Source: Campylobacterales bacterium (GTDB lineage: Bacteria > Campylobacterota > Campylobacteria > Campylobacterales > Sulfurimonadaceae). Taken from it: DNA of 64,000 nucleotides. Under the pieces are notes generated by a model that had not been told where the DNA came from, did not search any database, and saw only the letters and a list, made by a program, of their open reading frames with translations. Position numbers and translations under genes: made by a program. The stretch lies in NCBI GenBank assembly GCA_026390135.1, contig JAPLGN010000041.1, positions 13,969 through 77,968 on the forward strand, in the 5' to 3' direction. Below are positions 58,831-64,000 of the stretch, piece after piece. Numbering within the stretch: the first letter of the stretch is position 1; the number at the start of each line of letters is the position of its first letter.

Positions 58831-59781
58831 TTAAGCTTGTAATATTTTAGCTAACTTTGCTTGAAGTTTCAGCCACAATTTATGTTCCATAAGGGGAAAC
58901 CCGCTGTAGACTCCCCCTGTTTTGATACTTTTTGTAACACCTGAACGGGCGGCTAATGTGGTAAAGGGTGCGATTGTGAGATGACCAGCTGCAGCACTTT
59001 GCCCACCCATCACTACATTTCGACCTAATATAGTTGATCCGGCAAGTCCTGATTGTGAAACCATGATAGAGTGTTCACCGACAACACAGTTATGTCCTAT
59101 CTGAACAAGATTATCAATTTTACAGCCACATTTAATGATAGTAGAACCAAAAACAGCACAATCAACCGTTGTGTTAGCTCCAATTTCAACATCCTCTTCG
59201 ACGATAACATTTCCATTCTGGTAGAGTTTAATATGCTCTCCCATCTTGGTGTGAGCATACCCGAATCCGTCGCTTCCAATAACACTTCCTGCATGAATCA
59301 TCGTATTGTTGCCAATCGTACAATCACGGTAAATAGTGACGTTAGGATAAAGAAGTACATTGTCTCCAATAATAGCATCAGTACCAACATAGACACCACT
59401 CATAATCGTACAGTTTAAACCGATACGTGCACCGTTTTCGATATATGCAGTAGGGTAAATAACACTTCCCGAACCAATGACAGGTGCAACGTTACTGCTG
59501 GCAATTGGCTTGGCAAACATTTTAGATAGTCGTGCCACCATAAGATAAGTCTCATCACTGCACAAAGCTAGAACATGTTTTGGTAATAAATGAACTTTTG
59601 AAGCAGGGAGAATAACGGCAGATGCCTGAGTTGACTCTAAATCTTTTTCATATTTTGAATCTGATAGAAAAGATATTTCTCCTACACTTGCTTCTTTGAG
59701 AGTATTCATCCCCGTAATATCACAATTGTGTTCGTGTGGAGCATCAAATTCAAGAAGATGAATAATATCGTTAAGAGTCAT
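58831..59781 (-). CDS. lpxD: UDP-3-O-acylglucosamine N-acyltransferase
   Basis: Hexapeptide repeats, [18 protein letters not shown]. Confidence 0.96.
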   Translation of the reverse strand: MTLNDIIHLLEFDAPHEHNCDITGMNTLKEASVGEISFLSDSKYEKDLESTQASAVILPASKVHLLPKHVLALCSDETYLMVARLSKMFAKPIASSNVAPVIGSGSVIYPTAYIENGARIGLNCTIMSGVYVGTDAIIGDNVLLYPNVTIYRDCTIGNNTMIHAGSVIGSDGFGYAHTKMGEHIKLYQNGNVIVEEDVEIGANTTVDCAVFGSTIIKCGCKIDNLVQIGHNCVVGEHSIMVSQSGLAGSTILGRNVVMGGQSAAAGHLTIAPFTTLAARSGVTKSIKTGGVYSGFPLMEHKLWLKLQAKLAKILQA

Positions 59782-60252
59782 TTAGCGCTCCAAGGCTACA
59801 GAGCCACTTCTAACAATCTCTTTTGGATGAAAGCGTTTGATGGCTTCTAAAAAATGTCCTACGCGCATAGGCTCATCCGCAACCATAACAATAAGCGTAT
59901 CACTACCAACATTTACAATGCGACCGTTATAAGCATGAGCTAAAGCTTCAATATCTCCAAGAGATTCACTCAAAGGGATCTTGACCATTGCCATCTCTTT
60001 TTCTACCAAATCCTCATGCTCATATACTTTTAAAACAGGAATGAGCTTATGCAGTTGTTTGATAATTTGTTCAACTACTTTGATAGAGCCTGCTGTCACG
60101 ATCGTGATACGTGAGTATTTAGAATCAGGTATTGGAGCAACTGTAAGGGACTCAATGTTGTATCCACGTCCTGAAAAAAGTCCTGCTATACGAGAGAGGA
60201 CACTTGCCTCATTTAAAACGATAACGGAAATTACGCGTCGTGCTTGTTCCAT
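59782..60252 (-). CDS. ilvH: Acetolactate synthase small subunit
   Basis: ACT domain LSRIAGLFSGRGYNIESL. Confidence 0.95.
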   Translation of the reverse strand: MEQARRVISVIVLNEASVLSRIAGLFSGRGYNIESLTVAPIPDSKYSRITIVTAGSIKVVEQIIKQLHKLIPVLKVYEHEDLVEKEMAMVKIPLSESLGDIEALAHAYNGRIVNVGSDTLIVMVADEPMRVGHFLEAIKRFHPKEIVRSGSVALER

Positions 60253-61946
60253 TATTTATCCTTATATTCTAACATCATATTGAAGAGCGATCCACCTGCT
60301 GGAACCATTGGCAGTACATTTTCAAAGCGTGCAACCACAACATCAATAAGTGCAACTACATTTTTTTCTACTGCATCTTTAAGTGCAGCATCGAATTCTT
60401 CTTTGGTCGTTACACGGTACCCTACCCCTCCAAAACTTTCAGCAAGTTTCACAAAATCAGGCTGAATCGAAAGATCGGTTGAGGAATGGCGTTTGTCGTA
60501 AAACATGGTTTGCCACTGGCGAACCATTCCTAAAAAGTTATTGTTCAAAATAACATTGATAACGGGAAGATTATATTCAACTGCTGTCATCAATTCTTGG
60601 ATATTCATCAAGATCGAGCCGTCACCCGTGATATTTACACTGATACGATCCATATCAGCTCGTTTTACCCCGATAGCTGCTGGAAAACCATATCCCATTG
60701 TCCCTAATCCGCCTGAACTGTTCCATTGGCGCGGACGACTAAAAGGATAAAACTGTGCCGTCCACATTTGGTGCTGACCTACATCGGTAGAGATGTTGGC
60801 ATCATCTCCTAAAAGTTCTCCAATACGCTGAACAACCCATTGAGGTTTGAGTCGATCACCCTCTTCTGTGTAGGACAATGGATGAAGCTTGTTAAAATTA
60901 GCAATCGTGTTATGCCACGGTCCATAACGTAATGGATCAACTTGATCTTTTGCTAACATCATCATAGATTCGACTACATTTTTGACATCTCCAACAATTG
61001 GGAAATGAGCATTTACGAGCTTAGATATACTTGCGGGATCAATATCGACATGGATAATCTGCGCATTTTTTGCAAATTCTGAAAGTTTTCCCGTGACACG
61101 GTCATCAAAGCGAGCACCCAAACCGATGACTAAATCAGTCTCAGACATCGCCATATTTGCCGCATACGATCCATGCATTCCCAACATTGAAATAAGCAAT
61201 GGGTCTGCATGATGAAGCGTTCCACGTGCCATAAAGGTCTCAACAGCCGGAATTTGAGTCATTTTTGAAAACTCACGCACCAATTGGGCTGCACCTGAAC
61301 TGATAACTCCGCCACCAAGATAGAGCAAAGGTCGTTTTGCATTGGCTATGGCTTCAACCGCTTTTTTAATTTGGCGCATATTCCCTTTTACCGTAGGCTT
61401 ATAGGTTTCAAGCTCTACTTCTTTGGAATAATCAAATAAAGCTACTTGGGCTGTTACATCTTTTGGAATATCGACATGCACTGGACCAGGACGGCCGGTA
61501 CGTGCCAAATAAAATGCTTCTTTGAGAATACGAGGGAGATCCTTCGCGTCAGTAACAAGATAGTTATGCTTGGTACATGGTCGACTGATTCCAACTGCAT
61601 CAATTTCTTGGAATGCATCTGTTCCGATAAGAGACATAGGAACTTGTCCACTGATTACAACAAGAGGAACGGAATCCATATAGGCATCTGCAATACCCGT
61701 AACCGCATTGGTAAATCCAGGACCCGACGTAATCATCGCTACACCAACCTTCCCTGAAGCTTTTGCGTAGCCCTCAGCAGCATGTACAGCTGCTTGTTCA
61801 TGACGTGTAAGGACGTGTTGAAACGAACTTTGTTGATAAATTGCATCATAGACGTTCATAATTGCACCGCCGGGATAACCGAATATAACTTCGACTTCCT
61901 CCGCGATAAGAGCTTCGATAACCATCTGTGCGCCGCTTATTTGCAT
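60252..61946 (-). CDS. ilvI: Acetolactate synthase large subunit
   Basis: FGYPGG, RHEQ, GDGSILMN, LGMVRQWQ. Confidence 0.96.
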   Translation of the reverse strand: MQISGAQMVIEALIAEEVEVIFGYPGGAIMNVYDAIYQQSSFQHVLTRHEQAAVHAAEGYAKASGKVGVAMITSGPGFTNAVTGIADAYMDSVPLVVISGQVPMSLIGTDAFQEIDAVGISRPCTKHNYLVTDAKDLPRILKEAFYLARTGRPGPVHVDIPKDVTAQVALFDYSKEVELETYKPTVKGNMRQIKKAVEAIANAKRPLLYLGGGVISSGAAQLVREFSKMTQIPAVETFMARGTLHHADPLLISMLGMHGSYAANMAMSETDLVIGLGARFDDRVTGKLSEFAKNAQIIHVDIDPASISKLVNAHFPIVGDVKNVVESMMMLAKDQVDPLRYGPWHNTIANFNKLHPLSYTEEGDRLKPQWVVQRIGELLGDDANISTDVGQHQMWTAQFYPFSRPRQWNSSGGLGTMGYGFPAAIGVKRADMDRISVNITGDGSILMNIQELMTAVEYNLPVINVILNNNFLGMVRQWQTMFYDKRHSSTDLSIQPDFVKLAESFGGVGYRVTTKEEFDAALKDAVEKNVVALIDVVVARFENVLPMVPAGGSLFNMMLEYKDK

Positions 61947-62128
61947 GTCGTCTCCTTTACGTAAAATAGGTGTTAATAATATTGAAAAAATTACGAAATT
62001 ATAAGTGATATTAACTATAAATTACGTTAAATAGCCTATTAGCCTCACAAAAATAGGTTAAAATTGATATTCATCAATCATACAAATGGCAAAGAGCGCT
62101 AAAATTCTTAAAATTTAAAGGACACACA

Positions 62129-62533
62129 ATGAAAATGATCTTTTTGACAACTTTAACAACGCTAATACTTAGTGCAGCAGACGGTTATACACTCTATCAA
62201 AATAATTGTATGAAATGTCATGCAGAGATGATGACCAAAGCAGAGGTAATGAAATCTTTTGGATCCCTAAAAGCACCGCCTATGGTGGAAGTTTCCAATA
62301 AACTTAAAGCAAATATTCATATCGTGGATGAAGACAAAGATGTCAAGCGTCGCGTGATAATTGCTTTTATAAAAGATTACATCGATAATCCAAGCATCCA
62401 ATACAGCATGTGTGAACCAATGGCCTTGGAAAAATTTGGGGTAATGCCTTCTCTAAATGGTAAGCTAAATAACGAACAAAAAGAAGCGGTTGCAGCGTGG
62501 GTATATGACCGTTATGAAGGTAAAACGTTTTAA
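62129..62533 (+). CDS. Monoheme c-type cytochrome
   Basis: Signal peptide, CMKCH, distal FGVMP. Confidence 0.88.
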   Translation: MKMIFLTTLTTLILSAADGYTLYQNNCMKCHAEMMTKAEVMKSFGSLKAPPMVEVSNKLKANIHIVDEDKDVKRRVIIAFIKDYIDNPSIQYSMCEPMALEKFGVMPSLNGKLNNEQKEAVAAWVYDRYEGKTF

Positions 62534-62534
62534 T

Positions 62535-63434
62535 TCATAATTTTTTTGAGTTAAAATACTCCAACGCGACTCCCTCGCGCAATCCATCATCGATTACAAT
62601 AGCATTATTTAATGCAAACGCATCAAACATCATCTCCACAATCTGTATTCCTACAACTATCAATTGCTCTCGTCCAACGCCCACGTAACGTGACCGCGTT
62701 GCCTCATCCATTTCAAGCAACTCATTTAATACTCGAGTGCAATCAGATCGCTTTAACAAAGTACCGTTGATTCTGTTGGCATCATACGTTTGATAATCCA
62801 TTCCCAATAAATAAGCTGCAATAGTAGTCGGTGTGCCTGCAGTCAAAACAAGTGTTTTTGGAGTTGATTCTAACGCCAATGATTGAATATAAAGGGCAAT
62901 CTTTTCACGATAAAATTCTAACTCATGATCCATTGTCTCGCTTGTTTGAGATCTTTCGCTTAGCGTAACGATTCCCAGTGGAAAACTTTTTGATACTATC
63001 TTATTTTTTGAAACAACCACCACTTCCGTCGAACCACCGCCAATATCTATAAGTATCAATTCATTTGAGGATAGATTTAGCATATTAAGACGATTTTGTA
63101 CCGCCATCAAGGTTAGACGCGCCTCTTCATCTCCATTAATAATACGAAAATTTATTCCTGTTTTTTGACGAATTTCTTCTAATATTTCCTCTGAATTATC
63201 TGCCATTCTCATCGCAGCAGTGGTAATAGCAACTACTTCATGAGCTGTAAAATCTATAGTTTTTTTGGCCTCATACAAACCATTGAGGACTCTTTCCAAT
63301 GCCAATTTACCAATATTATGGGTTTGATTCAGCCCCTCGGCAGTACGAACAATTTTTTCAAAACTTTTCCCCCAAAATACCCCATCATATTCAATTAAAC
63401 GAAGAGTATTTGAACCTAAATCAATACTAATCAC
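62535..63434 (-). CDS. ppx: Ppx/GppA exopolyphosphatase
   Basis: IDLGSNT, GDEEA, DIGGGSTE, GLREG; GTG start overlapping the upstream TGA. Confidence 0.92.
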   Translation of the reverse strand: MISIDLGSNTLRLIEYDGVFWGKSFEKIVRTAEGLNQTHNIGKLALERVLNGLYEAKKTIDFTAHEVVAITTAAMRMADNSEEILEEIRQKTGINFRIINGDEEARLTLMAVQNRLNMLNLSSNELILIDIGGGSTEVVVVSKNKIVSKSFPLGIVTLSERSQTSETMDHELEFYREKIALYIQSLALESTPKTLVLTAGTPTTIAAYLLGMDYQTYDANRINGTLLKRSDCTRVLNELLEMDEATRSRYVGVGREQLIVVGIQIVEMMFDAFALNNAIVIDDGLREGVALEYFNSKKL

Positions 63435-64000
63435 AACGGTTTTTCTGTTATATCGTTGATTAACATAGCCGGTGTCCATGCTTCTAAAGAACCTTGCTTT
63501 AGCATTGTAAGGTCGAGACTGGTGCCATAGTCACGTTTGTACAAGTTGAAGAAGAAAGTAATGTAATCATCTGCACCAAACATCGCTACATAGTTACGGA
63601 TGCCATTTTCCAGCTCAACGTACGGAGCATGGACACGTAATTTGTTCTCGAGCTGAACCGAGTAGCACTGAGTAAAAACACTTCCCATTGCCTGGTATTT
63701 TGCACTGATCGGCAAATAAAACTCAAATTGCTTGCGTAGACCTGAAACTTCACCTTTCAGCGCATAACGCAATGCCTGATCAAGCACTTTATTCCAAAAT
63801 CCTTCTAATTTTTTTGCTTCGGGAGTCTCATAGAGCAATGGATAGGAAACAAGATAAGCGAATGCATTAAGATAATTTTCAGAAGCAATCGCATCATAAA
63901 ATAAATGTTTTACTCTGATTGTCTCTAATAATTCTTTTGCTTCTTTGGCATAATCTACAAAAAACACTAATACTTCACATGCATTTTTAGTAGTAATGAG
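63431..64000 (-). CDS. Hypothetical protein, C-terminal part (start outside window)
   Basis: Frame open from the window edge to the stop at 63431. Confidence 0.7.
   Translation of the reverse strand, partial: LITTKNACEVLVFFVDYAKEAKELLETIRVKHLFYDAIASENYLNAFAYLVSYPLLYETPEAKKLEGFWNKVLDQALRYALKGEVSGLRKQFEFYLPISAKYQAMGSVFTQCYSVQLENKLRVHAPYVELENGIRNYVAMFGADDYITFFFNLYKRDYGTSLDLTMLKQGSLEAWTPAMLINDITEKPL

Overview
AT-rich Campylobacterota chromosome segment (gene set and order look Sulfuricurvum/Sulfurimonas-like; this assignment is inference), probably at the replication terminus. (1) 1-8238: a filamentous (inovirus-type) prophage that runs off the left edge. It carries a partial HUH Rep missed by the ORF track, its own secretin, Zot/pI, pVI, pIII, small coat ORFs, TWO tandem near-identical major-coat genes and a second, theta-type initiator with intragenic palindromic iterons. 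It ends at a classical dif-like site (8211-8238). (2) 8.3-18.3 kb: Hsp20, a truncated PGM/PMM module, rhodanese, DinB, HU, a REC-RHH regulator, and a two-gene [NiFe]-hydrogenase whose small subunit is fused to a NirB-like FAD/NAD(P)H oxidoreductase plus a BFD [2Fe-2S] domain. The hydrogenase has no Tat signal, membrane anchor or cytochrome b and is the most unusual system seen. (3) 18.4-23.2 kb: a 4.8 kb integrative element in tRNA-Glu (38 bp att repeat, integrase, Xis, rolling-circle Rep, one secreted cargo protein). (4) 23.3-64 kb: mostly core genes (gltX, slt, mobB, fbp, metG, queC, ybeY, mrdA, lptAC, kdsC, hisB, rlpA, mltD, recN, nadK, tgt, aspC, lpxD, ilvIH, ppx) plus a MarR-controlled FUSC efflux operon. 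All calls come from reading motifs by eye; no database searches were run.
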